Positions 28,941 through 40,090 of a stretch of DNA of 64,000 nt are shown here, piece by piece. The DNA is from Myxococcota bacterium (GTDB taxonomy: Bacteria > Myxococcota_A > SURF-8), in NCBI GenBank assembly GCA_963674735.2, contig CAXXQS010000001.1:2630913-2694912 (forward strand). The letters run 5' to 3'. Position 1 is the stretch's first letter; every line of letters begins with the position of its first letter. A model generated the notes under the pieces. It was not told the origin of the DNA. It saw only the letters and a program-made list of their open reading frames with translations, and made no database searches. A program made the position numbers and the translations under genes.

Positions 28941-30059
28941 ATGTTGTTCGGAATCGCGCAAGTACTGCTGATCGTTCTGTTACCCGCCCTGGTTCTATGG
29001 GGAGCCAAGCATTTACGCCTCATCCGCATTCTATCGCCGGTTTTAACCTGCTACCTGGCGGGTATTCTCATGGCCAACCAGGACTTCGTCCCGGTGAACA
29101 TGCCCGTTTCCATGGTGATTCGCAATGCCACGGTGGCTCTGGCCATCCCCCTGTTGCTCTTTTCCGTCGATATCGTCGGATGGCTGCGTCTCTCGCGTTC
29201 GACGGTCCTCTCTTTTAGCCTGTGCGTCTTTTCGGTGATGCTCATGAGCGCCGCGGCGCACTTCATTTTTCACGCCGAATTTCCGGATAGCGCATCCATT
29301 TCCGGCATGATGGTGGGAGTTTACACCGGTGGAACCCCGAACATGAACGCCATCGGCACCGCATTGAAAATCAAGCCCGAAATGTTCATTGCGCTCGAAT
29401 CGGTGGACATGCTGATGGGTGCCGCATACCTGGTCTTTCTCTTCACTCTCGGGCCGCGCCTCTTCAGCCTGATTCTTCCTCCTTTCAAGCGTCCTGAAGG
29501 CGCACCTGCTGAAGACGCACAGGAAATGGACACCACCGTCATCCCGAAAGACGTGCTCAAAGGACTGGGCCTGACCGTCCTGATCGTGGCTCTATCGGGC
29601 GGACTCAGCTTTCTTTTACCGGAAATGGTTCAGGAAGCCGGAGCCATCCTGCTGATCACCACCTTCTCGATCGTAGCCTCGCTCAATCCTCGCATTCGCG
29701 CCTGGCGCGGAACGCACGAAGCCGGGATGTATGTATTGTTGATTTTCTGTGTCGCGGTGGGTTCCTGCGCGCTACTCGACAATTTGCTGGCGACTCCGCC
29801 TCTGCTCGTCGGCTATGTGGCCCTGGTCATGATCGGTGCCGCCTTCCTGCACGTCTTCCTTGCGGCGCTGCTGCGCATCGACCGCGACACGGTCATCATC
29901 ACCTCGACCGCCGCCGTTTACGGTCCCGCCTTCGTGGGCCCGGTGGCGCAGGTCTTGAAAAACCGCGAAATGCTGGTGAGCGGTATCGCGTCGGGACTGG
30001 TGGGCTACGCCATCGGCAACTATCTAGGTCTTGCTCTGGCCTGGGCGCTGGGAGCCTGA
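28941..30059 (+). CDS. DUF819 family membrane protein
   Basis: Multi-TM; AIPLLLF, GVYTGGTPNM, S.AAVYGPAFV, GLVGYAIGNYLG. Confidence 0.85.
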   Translation: MLFGIAQVLLIVLLPALVLWGAKHLRLIRILSPVLTCYLAGILMANQDFVPVNMPVSMVIRNATVALAIPLLLFSVDIVGWLRLSRSTVLSFSLCVFSVMLMSAAAHFIFHAEFPDSASISGMMVGVYTGGTPNMNAIGTALKIKPEMFIALESVDMLMGAAYLVFLFTLGPRLFSLILPPFKRPEGAPAEDAQEMDTTVIPKDVLKGLGLTVLIVALSGGLSFLLPEMVQEAGAILLITTFSIVASLNPRIRAWRGTHEAGMYVLLIFCVAVGSCALLDNLLATPPLLVGYVALVMIGAAFLHVFLAALLRIDRDTVIITSTAAVYGPAFVGPVAQVLKNREMLVSGIASGLVGYAIGNYLGLALAWALGA

Positions 30060-30102
30060 CGACCACCGTCTGGAGCCTGACGACCACCGTCTGGTTCCTG
30101 AC
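30051..30102 (+). repeat. 21-bp direct tandem repeat (2 full + partial) spanning the DUF819 stop
   Basis: GGAGCCTGACGACCACCGTCT x2, then GGTTCCTGAC. Confidence 0.9.
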
Positions 30103-30436
30103 AAACACGTCAGCATTCCACTGACATGTCCTAACTTCAGGCATTTTCATTGAGAAAACGGCAACTCGGCGATCCTGCGACCATAAAATAGGAAACGGCG
30201 GGTTGGACGGACCCGCCGCGCCAAAAAATATAGAGGAAGAGATCGTTTGCTTGGCCCTGGGCGTTTGGGCCTTCAGAACAGAAAGGTCATCAACAACATT
30301 GAAAACTCCTGCTGTGGATTCTGCCGATGACCGTCTTACCTAATTAAATCGGCTCTGGGCGGGATTTCTTGAGTAAAAACTGTAGTCTTCGCGCAGCAGG
30401 GCTAAACTCTTCTAAGATACTGAATAGAGTAGAGAA

Positions 30437-31441
30437 TCAGAGCCCGGAAGGTCCGATCACCATCATTTTTTTCGGATCGAAGGTTAATTCTACCTCGAAA
30501 AGCAACCCCTCTTTCGGATTTTCGGCACAGATTTCCGCCGTTTCGCGCGGCGTTTCCAAGCGCAGGGCCACCGGTCCCGAGTCGGCGTGCAGCCAATCGC
30601 TCCCCTCGTCCCTCCGATCGAAATGCAAACGCACCACGGCGGGAGCCGCTACAACCACGCGCGACTCGCTCGCCATGCGCCATGCCGCGTATTCCCATTG
30701 ATGATCGATGTCGTGGGACAGCACGACGACCCGCTTGGGAAACCGCATTTCCCCATCTTGTCTCACCAAAACCGTTCCCCGCGCCGCCAATTGTCCCAAA
30801 AGCATCGCCAGACAATCATCGATGTCGGGATCTCCCGGACGGGCCCGGTGGCGCAGCATCACCGGCGTCAGCACCAGGTCGAGGGTGATCGTATCGGAAA
30901 GCGAGGTGCGTTCATCAAGTTCCTGCTGAAGATCGACATCCGGGAAAGGGAGCATGTAGAGCTGTCGGTGGGCATCACGCGCCGCCTCAACGCCGGTCGG
31001 CCATACGCCCAAGCCATCGCCAAGCAGCGGAGTGGCAACGATCAGACGATGGGTCAACGGATAGGGTGACTTTCCGGCCACACTGACCGTCCTGCGATAT
31101 TGGGCCACATGTGTGAACGTGTTGGCGACGTATTCCAGAAACGGCGGGGCCTCAAGCGGAGTGAGACGCGCCAGGATCGCCCGACGATTGGCACGAAAAT
31201 AGGGCGAAACCCAACTGGCGGTCACATCCAGGTTGACTTGCGTCTGCGTGCTCCAACCCTTCACCGGCGCTCGCTCGAAATGCACCCAGGGACTGTCCAT
31301 CAAAAAGCCCAAGCGATCTTTTACGCCCCAGTCTTCTTCATCCACCTCCGCTAATTTGGCCGACCATGACGGGCTGCAAGCGGAAACCAAGATTCCCGGA
31401 ATCACAAAACACAAAACCACGATGAGGTTACGATATTTCAT
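30437..31441 (-). CDS. Hypothetical lipoprotein
   Basis: Lipobox LVSAC; ATGA overlap with the upstream gene. Confidence 0.7.
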   Translation of the reverse strand: MKYRNLIVVLCFVIPGILVSACSPSWSAKLAEVDEEDWGVKDRLGFLMDSPWVHFERAPVKGWSTQTQVNLDVTASWVSPYFRANRRAILARLTPLEAPPFLEYVANTFTHVAQYRRTVSVAGKSPYPLTHRLIVATPLLGDGLGVWPTGVEAARDAHRQLYMLPFPDVDLQQELDERTSLSDTITLDLVLTPVMLRHRARPGDPDIDDCLAMLLGQLAARGTVLVRQDGEMRFPKRVVVLSHDIDHQWEYAAWRMASESRVVVAAPAVVRLHFDRRDEGSDWLHADSGPVALRLETPRETAEICAENPKEGLLFEVELTFDPKKMMVIGPSGL

Positions 31442-32436
31442 GCCTCTTTCTCCGAAACCAGCTCGGATAAACCTTTCTTACCCCAGGGAAATCCGACCTT
31501 CAAGCGGAACAGAAAAAAGAAACCGGCTGGAATCACCACACACAACTGAGTGATATGAGCCACCACCACGGCCGCAAAAGCCCGATTTTCCAAAGCACCG
31601 AACACGCCCAAAGCCGTGACGGCGGCAAATTCAAAAACCCCCACATAACCGGGTGCGGCCGGAAGGATTACCGCCAGAGAAATCAGGGAGATGGTCAATA
31701 AGGCTGCGGGATAACCGACATTCAGATCCAACGCGACATATACGGCCCAATAAAACAACGCTTCCGTCAACCACTGGCCAAAGGTAAACACCACCGCTCC
31801 CAAAAGCGCCGCCGGATGCCGTACAACCAGCAAACCCGAATAAATATCCTGCAATGCTTTCTCGGTTTTCTCGCCCAGCTTGTTCGGCAACAAGCGGACC
31901 AAACGCACGATCAGACCCCGCATGAAGTCCGGGAACGCCACCATCAAAGCCACCCCGGTCACCAGCCCGCCCGAAGCGGTCAAGGCGGCTCCGCGTAGAT
32001 GAATCAGCCAGGGACTGTCAAGGTCGGCAATCCATAAAACAACCGTCAGCAGTGTCACAATGGCAACACCATCGAACAGGCGTTCAATACCCACGACGGC
32101 CAAAGAGGAAGCCAGGGACAGTTTTCGGTCTTTGGCCACCAACCACGAACGAAAAAAATCACCGAAACGCGCCGGAATCACGCCATTCAGAGCTAACCCG
32201 ATGAAAACAAAAGAAATGAGTCGGAATGGATTGGCACGTACCAACGGACTGAGTACAGCCTGCCAGCGCAGCCCTCGGAAGACGTGACTGGCGGCATAAG
32301 GAAGCAATGCAATCAACCACCAACCCAGATGCGTATCGCCAAGCGCTTCCCCAAAACGAGCCAAATCCAGGTTTCGTACCGCCAGGTAACCGAATCCAAG
32401 CGTCACCCCAATCCCCAAAAAGGTTTTCCATTTCAT
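31438..32436 (-). CDS. Lysylphosphatidylglycerol synthase TM / flippase-like (UPF0104) protein
   Basis: RGLRW..L, N.VIPARFGD..R, ERLFD, PAAPGYVGVFE. Confidence 0.88.
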   Translation of the reverse strand: MKWKTFLGIGVTLGFGYLAVRNLDLARFGEALGDTHLGWWLIALLPYAASHVFRGLRWQAVLSPLVRANPFRLISFVFIGLALNGVIPARFGDFFRSWLVAKDRKLSLASSLAVVGIERLFDGVAIVTLLTVVLWIADLDSPWLIHLRGAALTASGGLVTGVALMVAFPDFMRGLIVRLVRLLPNKLGEKTEKALQDIYSGLLVVRHPAALLGAVVFTFGQWLTEALFYWAVYVALDLNVGYPAALLTISLISLAVILPAAPGYVGVFEFAAVTALGVFGALENRAFAAVVVAHITQLCVVIPAGFFFLFRLKVGFPWGKKGLSELVSEKEA

Positions 32437-32690
32437 CGTGGCGGGTCTTCTTTCGGTCTAAATAATTTACCGTGCCAAGTTGATAAACGTGTGAAATGCC
32501 CTCATTTAAGCCTTAGTTTATCAGCCCTTAGGCCGATGCGTCCACTTAAAAGCAAGGTTTGTAAAAAAGGTTGCAGAATGTCGGGATTTTGGCTATCGTA
32601 CAACCGCTTGAGAACTTGAAAATGAAAATTCTTCTACTATAATGCCAAGTAATGAGAATGTCCGACATCGTCAGACTGGAGGTATTGGTG

Positions 32691-34388
32691 ATGAAACGCT
32701 TGGGATGGGTGCTCGTACTGGTCGCCTTCATGCTTCCGATCCTGGTTATCGGTTGCTCGATGGAAAAAGACGAGGACGACTGGGTCGATGAACTGCGGGA
32801 TCGTCGAACCCGTGACAATGCCCTAATGTGGGTGCAAGAACACAAGACGAAAAAGGCTGTCCCCAATTTACTCAGCCTCATGAAGAAGCGCTATGGCACA
32901 CTTAAGGCTGTGTATACTCTCGGGATTATCGGCGATCCGGTCGCCGTTCCGACCTTGATCGAAGAATTGAAGGTAGTCGCGAAAAAAGACAGCCTCGATC
33001 ACGACCGGCTCACCGAGCAAATTTGTATGGCGCTGGGCATGATCGGTGAGACCAACGCCGTGGACGCCCTGCTGTGGACGGTCGATCAAGCGGGTGAAAT
33101 GGGTCGTGCCGGTGCCGTTCAAGCACTGGGTATGATCGGCGACCCGCGCGCCACCGAAAAACTGATCGGCGTACTGAAAAACACCAAAGAAAAACTGCTG
33201 ATTCGCCATTACACTGCCATTGCCCTCGGTCGCTTGAAAGCCAGTGAAGCCGCCGATGCGCTAGTTTACGCCCTTTTCGTCGATGACGAAACCGGTCGCA
33301 ATCTCTTCCGCGACGGTCAGTTGTCTCTTTTACAGATCGGCGGCGAAGCGGCCCGTAAAGCCCTCATTGCCGGATATGAACTTAAAAACACAGACGCCAA
33401 CGAACTGGCCAAAAGCATCGATCTGAAGGAAGACTGGATCAAGATCAAGATCGTCAATGTCATGGGCGAGTTGCGTGACCCGGAACTGTCCGATTTCTTC
33501 ATGGCTGAGTTCGAAAAAGGCTTGAAAGGCGATATCGTTTACGAATTGCAAGCCAAGATCATTCAGGCCATGGAGCGTACGCCGCTGAAAAAAGACCTGC
33601 TCGGAAAACTGGCACAAGCCTTCACAAGCCCGGTCAAAAACACGGCTTACCTCAACGAACGCGAACTGATCTCCAAGATCTTCATTTCCAACAACTACAC
33701 CGACCAGTTGGACGAGTTCATGAGTGTAGCCGAGAAGGGTGACGTCACGCTTAAAAACGCCAAAGGAAAGCCCCAGGCTTTCTCCCAGTGGTGCGTTGCC
33801 GCCGCCAATGTCGTCTCCATGCTGGGCGATCACACCCTGGCCGATCGTTTCGACGCCTTCGTGAAAGCTGGAAAATGCAAAGCCGAAATCTTCGGCCTCA
33901 AGCAAAAAACGCCGGAACTGTTGGCCAACTTCAATATGCGTATGCAAGCCGCCAAAGAATGTGGCACCAACATGGCCTGCTGGCAGAAGGTGGTCACGGC
34001 CAAAGAATGGCCCAAACGCGAGAAAGCCGTTTATATGCTCGCCGCCACCGGTGACAAAAAATACATGACCGACGTGATGAAAACTCTCACCTATAGCAAC
34101 GAGCAGGTTCGTCAAGCGGTTCAACATGCCATCTGGAAGATTGCCACCCCCGAGGTGTTGCCGCAGTTGATCAAATTCTGGATCGACAACAAAATCAACA
34201 AGGATTTCCAGAAGATCACCGAGGATATCGGCTACATCCTGCACATGCATATTCGTGACTGGAATCTCGACGGTCCCAAGGCCTACAAAGAATTGTTTGA
34301 GAAAGCCGAGAAGTTGCGCGGGAAAACGGCTTCCGTCGATGTTCCCATGCATGGCGAAGAAGAGCTTTCAACCGACAGCGGTCTGTAA
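32691..34388 (+). CDS. HEAT/PBS-lyase repeat lipoprotein
   Basis: GGAGG RBS; lipobox LVIGC; repeated ALG.IGD..A...L HEAT units. Confidence 0.85.
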   Translation: MKRLGWVLVLVAFMLPILVIGCSMEKDEDDWVDELRDRRTRDNALMWVQEHKTKKAVPNLLSLMKKRYGTLKAVYTLGIIGDPVAVPTLIEELKVVAKKDSLDHDRLTEQICMALGMIGETNAVDALLWTVDQAGEMGRAGAVQALGMIGDPRATEKLIGVLKNTKEKLLIRHYTAIALGRLKASEAADALVYALFVDDETGRNLFRDGQLSLLQIGGEAARKALIAGYELKNTDANELAKSIDLKEDWIKIKIVNVMGELRDPELSDFFMAEFEKGLKGDIVYELQAKIIQAMERTPLKKDLLGKLAQAFTSPVKNTAYLNERELISKIFISNNYTDQLDEFMSVAEKGDVTLKNAKGKPQAFSQWCVAAANVVSMLGDHTLADRFDAFVKAGKCKAEIFGLKQKTPELLANFNMRMQAAKECGTNMACWQKVVTAKEWPKREKAVYMLAATGDKKYMTDVMKTLTYSNEQVRQAVQHAIWKIATPEVLPQLIKFWIDNKINKDFQKITEDIGYILHMHIRDWNLDGPKAYKELFEKAEKLRGKTASVDVPMHGEEELSTDSGL

Positions 34389-34418
34389 GCCGAAACGTTC
34401 GATCCCTTTTGCATCCTT

Positions 34419-34448
34419 ACGCCCCTCGCCACTGAGGGGCGTTTTTTT
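34419..34448 (+). terminator. Intrinsic terminator
   Basis: ACGCCCCTC-GCCACT-GAGGGGCGT-TTTTTT. Confidence 0.85.
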
Positions 34449-34633
34449 GTGTGCCGACGCGGTGTAATTCAAATGACGGAATGGATGAATCCGTCGACAG
34501 ACTTACTTCCGGGGTGGAGAGTGCACCGTTTTGAGAGTGAAAGGCTTACGGAAACGGGATAAGCCTTTTCGATTATTGGGAAAAGAGGGCTCGACGACTC
34601 ACGACGAGTGAAAGAAAAAGCTCGCAACCCTGG

Positions 34634-36247
34634 CTAGTCAGACTCTCGGCCATAGATCGTAACCAAGGTGTTTTCATACAGACGTTTCCAACCAGGCAAA
34701 CTCGCCGGGTCGAGCGAACAAAAACGCCGATCCAGCGGGCCTTGATAAATCGTGTCGAGTCCATACAGACCCAACAAGCGGAGAGCATTTGTCGGGCGCT
34801 TCGATTGACAGATCGCTTCGTAGGCCGTTTGTTTACCGGAAAAATCCGGGGTCAAGTCTTTATGACCGACCAGTACCGTCGCATCGCTATAGGCGGGGAT
34901 TTTCAGAGCGATATGGCCATGGGCGAACACGCGCGCTGCGGGTCGGTTGACACCGATCCAACGCATGGCGCTTACTTCCTGTGGATGACGATAGAAATAA
35001 CGATTCTGTTCGCTTCCAAGCGCGACCGACCGGTGAAGCACCGTTCCGAACGTCGGCAATACAGCCAATACAAACGCGATGGCGATCCCCCACCGCCAGA
35101 GCGGGCGAGGTCGCCATCTTGCGACCCACCAGACGAGAGCCAGTAAATGCGGGGTGATAAACAACCCGCAAGTACGCCAGGCAAAGGGCACGAAACCACC
35201 ATACATCACCACCCAAGCCGTCAACAACCACGCGGCCAGCACACCGTCACGAAAACGCCAGTTCCGAACCCGAAACAGCAACATACCCGCCCCGAGAAGC
35301 CCGGCCCAAAGTGGCAACCCACCACCCAGCATAAATGTCACCCAATCGGGCGGCGGATAACTGTTGGTCATGGCCCATTCCGAGAACCCCGGACCGGCGT
35401 GCGTCAACCAAGCCATATAAGCGAAAACCGGCAAAGGCGGAACAAGCATCAACAATCCGCGAAAGAAGCGGCCTCTACAAAAGGAAGCGGCACCGAAAAT
35501 CAGTCCTCCGCCAACCGCAAGACCGACAACGGTCCAGATCACCAGCAGATCGTAGATACGCACAAGCCCCAATACCGTCATGGCCAAACCGGCCAAGCCA
35601 GCCGCTCGACTCGAGGCTTGTTCATCGGCACGCAACACCAACACTATCACCGCCAGGGCCAAAGCGTGACTGAGCGCGCTATGCGGTACAAATCCCACCT
35701 GCATGAAGGGAAACAGCTCGGTATAGGCGTCTGGCGGAGCGGCAGACAGGCGCACCAAGCCGACCAACCACCCCAACCCTCCTCCAAACGAAAAAACCAG
35801 CAGGGCGGGAATCCGCCAGTGTTTCCGAGCATAACGATTCAATAGGGCCGCGAACGCAAAAAGAAGCGCGATCGCGGCTCCCAGACGCATAGTCTGTAGA
35901 GCAGCCCCGAATTCAAGGCCAGTAAGGGCTTGCCACTTGCCCAATGCAAGCCAAGCCGCGTTTACATACACCGCCGGTGGACGGTTCACATCATACGAAT
36001 TGCGGAAGATCCAATGACCGTCGGCCGCCTGACGAGCCAAAGCCGCATAGGCATCCATATCCTCCGGAAAAAGGAGATATCCGGCGAAAACATGCTCGGC
36101 ATCCTGAGATATCCAAGCCCACAGATATGGAATACTTCCCAAAATAAACAACGCCAGAGCCACGCCTAAAACCGTCCGCCTCCAGCGGCCGGCGGAACGA
36201 GCTGCGGGAAAACCGGAATTCGTGTTGTATGACGATGGCTTTGGCAC
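34634..36247 (-). CDS. Polytopic membrane protein, probable GT-C fold glycosyltransferase
   Basis: Many TM segments; first-loop acidic EDMDAY; FGGGLGW; C-terminal soluble domain ending YEN..V.IY. Confidence 0.55.
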   Translation of the reverse strand: MPKPSSYNTNSGFPAARSAGRWRRTVLGVALALFILGSIPYLWAWISQDAEHVFAGYLLFPEDMDAYAALARQAADGHWIFRNSYDVNRPPAVYVNAAWLALGKWQALTGLEFGAALQTMRLGAAIALLFAFAALLNRYARKHWRIPALLVFSFGGGLGWLVGLVRLSAAPPDAYTELFPFMQVGFVPHSALSHALALAVIVLVLRADEQASSRAAGLAGLAMTVLGLVRIYDLLVIWTVVGLAVGGGLIFGAASFCRGRFFRGLLMLVPPLPVFAYMAWLTHAGPGFSEWAMTNSYPPPDWVTFMLGGGLPLWAGLLGAGMLLFRVRNWRFRDGVLAAWLLTAWVVMYGGFVPFAWRTCGLFITPHLLALVWWVARWRPRPLWRWGIAIAFVLAVLPTFGTVLHRSVALGSEQNRYFYRHPQEVSAMRWIGVNRPAARVFAHGHIALKIPAYSDATVLVGHKDLTPDFSGKQTAYEAICQSKRPTNALRLLGLYGLDTIYQGPLDRRFCSLDPASLPGWKRLYENTLVTIYGRESD

Positions 36248-36419
36248 GAATGAACCTCCTTCCTTTCTTCTACCACCTTACCCCTGCCGCCTCCACTTTT
36301 TTGCGTCTCGGAGACGGCAAAAAGCTTGTCAAGCCACGATATCGGTGTTAACGTTCGCAAGTTTTTTACGGCGGTTGCAGTCGCCCCGCCGATGTCGTAT
36401 CGTTCGTCTCGAGGAGAGC

Positions 36420-37190
36420 ATGGACGTCATCATTCTCGGTTGCGGGACATCCATCGGGGTACCGGCACTGTCATGTGACTGCGCGGTCTGTATGTCCGAC
36501 AACCCCCGTAACAAGCGCCTACGAACATCGGCCGCCGTTCGGCTTGACGAAGGCCACACCATTTTGATCGATACCGGTCCGGATTTGCGCCAGCAAGCAC
36601 TGGTCAACGGGTTGTCGCGTCTGGATGCCATCTTCTATACTCACACACATGCCGACCACGTACACGGAATCGACGAGATTCGCATGTACAATTACCTCCA
36701 GCGCCGTCCGATGGATATCTACGGAATCCCCGAACATATCGGGGAAATCAAACAGCGCTTCGCCTATATTTTTGAACCCAGTATCCAAAAAGGCGGTGGG
36801 AAACCCAATATCACGCCCCACATCGTAACCCCGGGCAAAGCCTTCGAGTTGTTCGGAACTCCTGTTGTCCCGATCACCATACAACACGGACAACTGCCCT
36901 GTTTGGGCTGGAGAATCGGTAATTTCGCCTATCTTACCGATGTCAGTCACATTCCCGACGAAAGTTACCCGTTGCTTGAAGACCTCGACCTGCTTGTGCT
37001 GGGCGCATTGCGCTATGCTCCGCACAGCACCCATTTCAACGTGGACGAGGCCGTCAAAGAAGCACAACGCATCGCCGCTAAACGTTGTTACCTCACACAC
37101 ATGAATCACGAGTTGGACTACGATGAGCTGTGCCGCAAGCTCCCGCCATCGATTCGTCCAGCCTATGACACACTTCGTCTTACACTGTAA
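36420..37190 (+). CDS. MBL-fold metallo-hydrolase, PhnP family
   Basis: LGCGTSIGVP..CDCAVC..N.RLRTS, IDTGPDLRQQ, THTHADHVHGID. Confidence 0.92.
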   Translation: MDVIILGCGTSIGVPALSCDCAVCMSDNPRNKRLRTSAAVRLDEGHTILIDTGPDLRQQALVNGLSRLDAIFYTHTHADHVHGIDEIRMYNYLQRRPMDIYGIPEHIGEIKQRFAYIFEPSIQKGGGKPNITPHIVTPGKAFELFGTPVVPITIQHGQLPCLGWRIGNFAYLTDVSHIPDESYPLLEDLDLLVLGALRYAPHSTHFNVDEAVKEAQRIAAKRCYLTHMNHELDYDELCRKLPPSIRPAYDTLRLTL

Positions 37191-37202
37191 AAGGAGCAGG
37201 CC

Positions 37203-38315
37203 ATGATCGTCGGTATCCCCGTGGAAGTGAAAAACAGAGAGTATCGCGTTGGTATGGTCCCGGCCGGTATCGTCCAACTCAAGCAGCACGGCCATCAGGT
37301 CATCATCGAAAAAGACGCCGGGGTGGGCTCCGGATTTACCGACGAGGAGTTCATCGCCGCGGGAGCGGAGATCGTCGACACAGCCGAAGAGGTGTGGAAG
37401 CGCGCCGACATGATCATCAAGGTCAAAGAACCCGTTGCGTCGGAATATCCCTATTTCCGTGACGGCTTGATGTTGTTCACCTACCTGCATCTGGCGGCGG
37501 TCCCCGAACTGACCCGCGCGTTGGAGATGAGCGGCGTTTCGTCGGTCGCCTATGAAACGATTCAGCTTTCCGATAGTTCGCTGCCCCTGCTAAAACCCAT
37601 GTCCGAGATCGCCGGACGCATCGCCACTCAAAAAGGCGCAACATATCTTGAAAAAGCCAATGGCGGACGCGGCGTGTTGCTGGGCGGCGTACCGGGAACC
37701 CGACGGGGCAAAGTCGCCATCATCGGCGGAGGAGTGGTGGGCACCAACGCCGCTCAAATCGCGGTGGGTATGGGTGCGGAAGTCACCCTGCTGGACATCA
37801 ACCTCGACCGGCTGGAATATCTCGACCACATCTTCCAGGGACGTCTCAACACGCTCTACTCCAACCCCGGAAACATCGCCGAAACCGTGGAGCAAAGCGA
37901 CCTGGTCGTCGGCGCCGTGCTGATTCCGGGCGCCAAAGCCCCGCATTTGGTCACCGAAGAAATGGTCGCCACCATGGCTCCCGGAGCCGTCATCGTCGAC
38001 GTCGCCATCGATCAAGGCGGCTGCATCGAAACAGTCAAGCCCACAACTCACGATGACCCCATCTACCTCAAACACGATGTTGTCCATTATTGTGTCACCA
38101 ATATGCCGGGAGCTGTCTCGCGCACCTCGACTTTGGCCCTGACCAATGCCACGACCCGCTATGCCCTCAAATTGGCCGACCTCGGGCTCGAAGCGGCCAT
38201 CCGGGAAGACCACTCCCTGTTCTTGGGAGTCAACTCCTACAAATCCCACATTACGTACGAGGCTGTTGCAGAAGCCTGCGGAGTGGAATATAAGCCGCTT
38301 AGCGTCCTGCTTTAG
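37203..38315 (+). CDS. ald: Alanine dehydrogenase
   Basis: [57 protein letters not shown]. Confidence 0.97.
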   Translation: MIVGIPVEVKNREYRVGMVPAGIVQLKQHGHQVIIEKDAGVGSGFTDEEFIAAGAEIVDTAEEVWKRADMIIKVKEPVASEYPYFRDGLMLFTYLHLAAVPELTRALEMSGVSSVAYETIQLSDSSLPLLKPMSEIAGRIATQKGATYLEKANGGRGVLLGGVPGTRRGKVAIIGGGVVGTNAAQIAVGMGAEVTLLDINLDRLEYLDHIFQGRLNTLYSNPGNIAETVEQSDLVVGAVLIPGAKAPHLVTEEMVATMAPGAVIVDVAIDQGGCIETVKPTTHDDPIYLKHDVVHYCVTNMPGAVSRTSTLALTNATTRYALKLADLGLEAAIREDHSLFLGVNSYKSHITYEAVAEACGVEYKPLSVLL

Positions 38316-38328
38316 ACTTCGAAATACG

Positions 38329-38356
38329 GGTGCGGCCTTTTCGGGCCGCACCTTTT
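38329..38356 (+). terminator. Intrinsic terminator
   Basis: GGTGCGGCC-TTTTCG-GGCCGCACC-TTTT. Confidence 0.8.
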
Positions 38357-38454
38357 CTCTCAAACGTGTTCAAAACTTGAAATCCTCAACGGTGAGTGTT
38401 AGGATACGCGTGCACCCAGTCAGCAGCGGTCATTCGACGGAAGCGAGGTAGATC

Positions 38455-40017
38455 ATGATTGCGTGCCCGCAGTGCGGCAAGCTGAATCCCGAGAACTTCA
38501 ATTACTGCTTGGATTGTGGGGCCGAACTGCACCCGGAAACGCCTCATTCGGCCGAATCGCAGTTCTTTATCGACTTGTCCGCTCAATCTCCAGACGTCGA
38601 GCAGGCTCATCAGGATGCAGGTAAAACTCCTTTACCGACCCCCGATCCCGCTTCGCGTCCCGACGCTGAACCGACCCCGCATTTTGAGCAACCGGCGGAT
38701 CTTGGGCGGACCCCCGTGCCATCCCCGAAACCGACGGCGACAAACCCGGGCAATGCAGTCCTCGAACTTTCTCCGGACGATCTGCTGGACAATTTAGACG
38801 ACACGACACTGGATAGTCCACTCGACAACCGGGCTCTGGATAGCGGTTTCGACAGCGGTTTTGACAGCGGACTTGCGGAAAGCGGTTTCGACTCAACCGA
38901 TGGTCGGCTTGAAACCTCGTTGGACAGCTTCGATCCTTCCGAACTTACCTTGGACATGGAGCAACTGAAATCGACAACCCAGGAACCCGAGCCGAATCGC
39001 GATGCGATCGAACTTCCTGCAGAGCCTGTCATCTCCGACCAAAGCGACGACATTGATTTCAACGACCGTGTCGAGTTGGAACAACCAACGGAGCAGTCCC
39101 AGCTGAACATGCCGTCCGAATCCAAACCAATCGTTTTGGGTGATCAGGCATCAGCCGACTTGCTGACACCGGTCGAACCGGACTCAGTCGACAACACACC
39201 CGCGATGGAGGTGGACATGGGTCAACAAGAACAGTTCAACTGCTGGAAGTGTGGAGCCACACTGAAGCCGACCGATCATTTTTGCGCCCAGTGCGGGACC
39301 GCACAGGATCAGAAACCCGCAGAAGGCGGTCAAACCATGTTTATGCACGTCGGAACCTCCGACAGCATCAGCACACAGCCCGTCGCCAAGTTGACAATCG
39401 TCGAGCCTTCCGGCAAGGAAGGTCGCGTTTTCAATTTGGATGCCGGAGCCAATATCTGCGGCCGGACCGCCGGTGGAATTCTGCTTGACGACACGTATGT
39501 TTCACCCGAGCATTGCGATTTCGGCTTTGAAGATGGCAAGATCGTGCTGAAAGACAGCAATAGCCTGAACGGCGTGTTTATCAAGCTGAAAGGCGAAACG
39601 GAAATTTCGTCGCGTACCTTTTTCCGTATCGGGCAACAATTGCTTCTATTCGTTATTTTGGAAGATTTCCAGGTTGTCAGCGACCTCACTCCCAAAGACG
39701 ATACGTTTTTCCTCGGCAGCCCCACCGGCTCTACCTGGGGGAAATTGTTGCGGATATCGAACGATGGCCGAATTCTGGAGCACCTCCCGTTGGCGAATGA
39801 AACCATTGCAATCGGACGTGAAAACGGCGATATCACCTTCCCTGCAGACGGATTCGTGTCCAGTGCTCATGCCACTCTGAAATACCAGGACGACAAAGTA
39901 CTGCTCACCGATCTGGGCTCAAGCAACGGCACCTTCCTGCGTGTCGACAACTACCCCCTTAACGATCGCGACATGGTTCTGGTGGGGAAAAAGCTCTTGC
40001 GCCTCGAATACGTCTAA
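38455..40017 (+). CDS. Zinc-ribbon plus double FHA domain protein
   Basis: CPQCG..CLDCG and CWKCG..CAQCG ribbons; two FHA domains (GR..VS..H..S.NG); acidic disordered linker. Confidence 0.88.
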   Translation: MIACPQCGKLNPENFNYCLDCGAELHPETPHSAESQFFIDLSAQSPDVEQAHQDAGKTPLPTPDPASRPDAEPTPHFEQPADLGRTPVPSPKPTATNPGNAVLELSPDDLLDNLDDTTLDSPLDNRALDSGFDSGFDSGLAESGFDSTDGRLETSLDSFDPSELTLDMEQLKSTTQEPEPNRDAIELPAEPVISDQSDDIDFNDRVELEQPTEQSQLNMPSESKPIVLGDQASADLLTPVEPDSVDNTPAMEVDMGQQEQFNCWKCGATLKPTDHFCAQCGTAQDQKPAEGGQTMFMHVGTSDSISTQPVAKLTIVEPSGKEGRVFNLDAGANICGRTAGGILLDDTYVSPEHCDFGFEDGKIVLKDSNSLNGVFIKLKGETEISSRTFFRIGQQLLLFVILEDFQVVSDLTPKDDTFFLGSPTGSTWGKLLRISNDGRILEHLPLANETIAIGRENGDITFPADGFVSSAHATLKYQDDKVLLTDLGSSNGTFLRVDNYPLNDRDMVLVGKKLLRLEYV

Positions 40018-40038
40018 ACACCGATCATGCTCAAATAC

Positions 40039-40072
40039 AAACGGCGGAGGCTTTAAATACCTCCGCCGTTTT
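40039..40072. terminator. Bidirectional terminator between convergent genes
   Basis: AAACGGCGGAGG-CTTTAAATA-CCTCCGCCGTTTT. Confidence 0.8.
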
Positions 40073-40090
40073 CAATGGTCACCCTAAATT

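Noticed and set aside
38839-38895. DSGF short repeats in the FHA protein linker
   Set aside because: Ordinary slippage in a disordered linker; no evidence of function.
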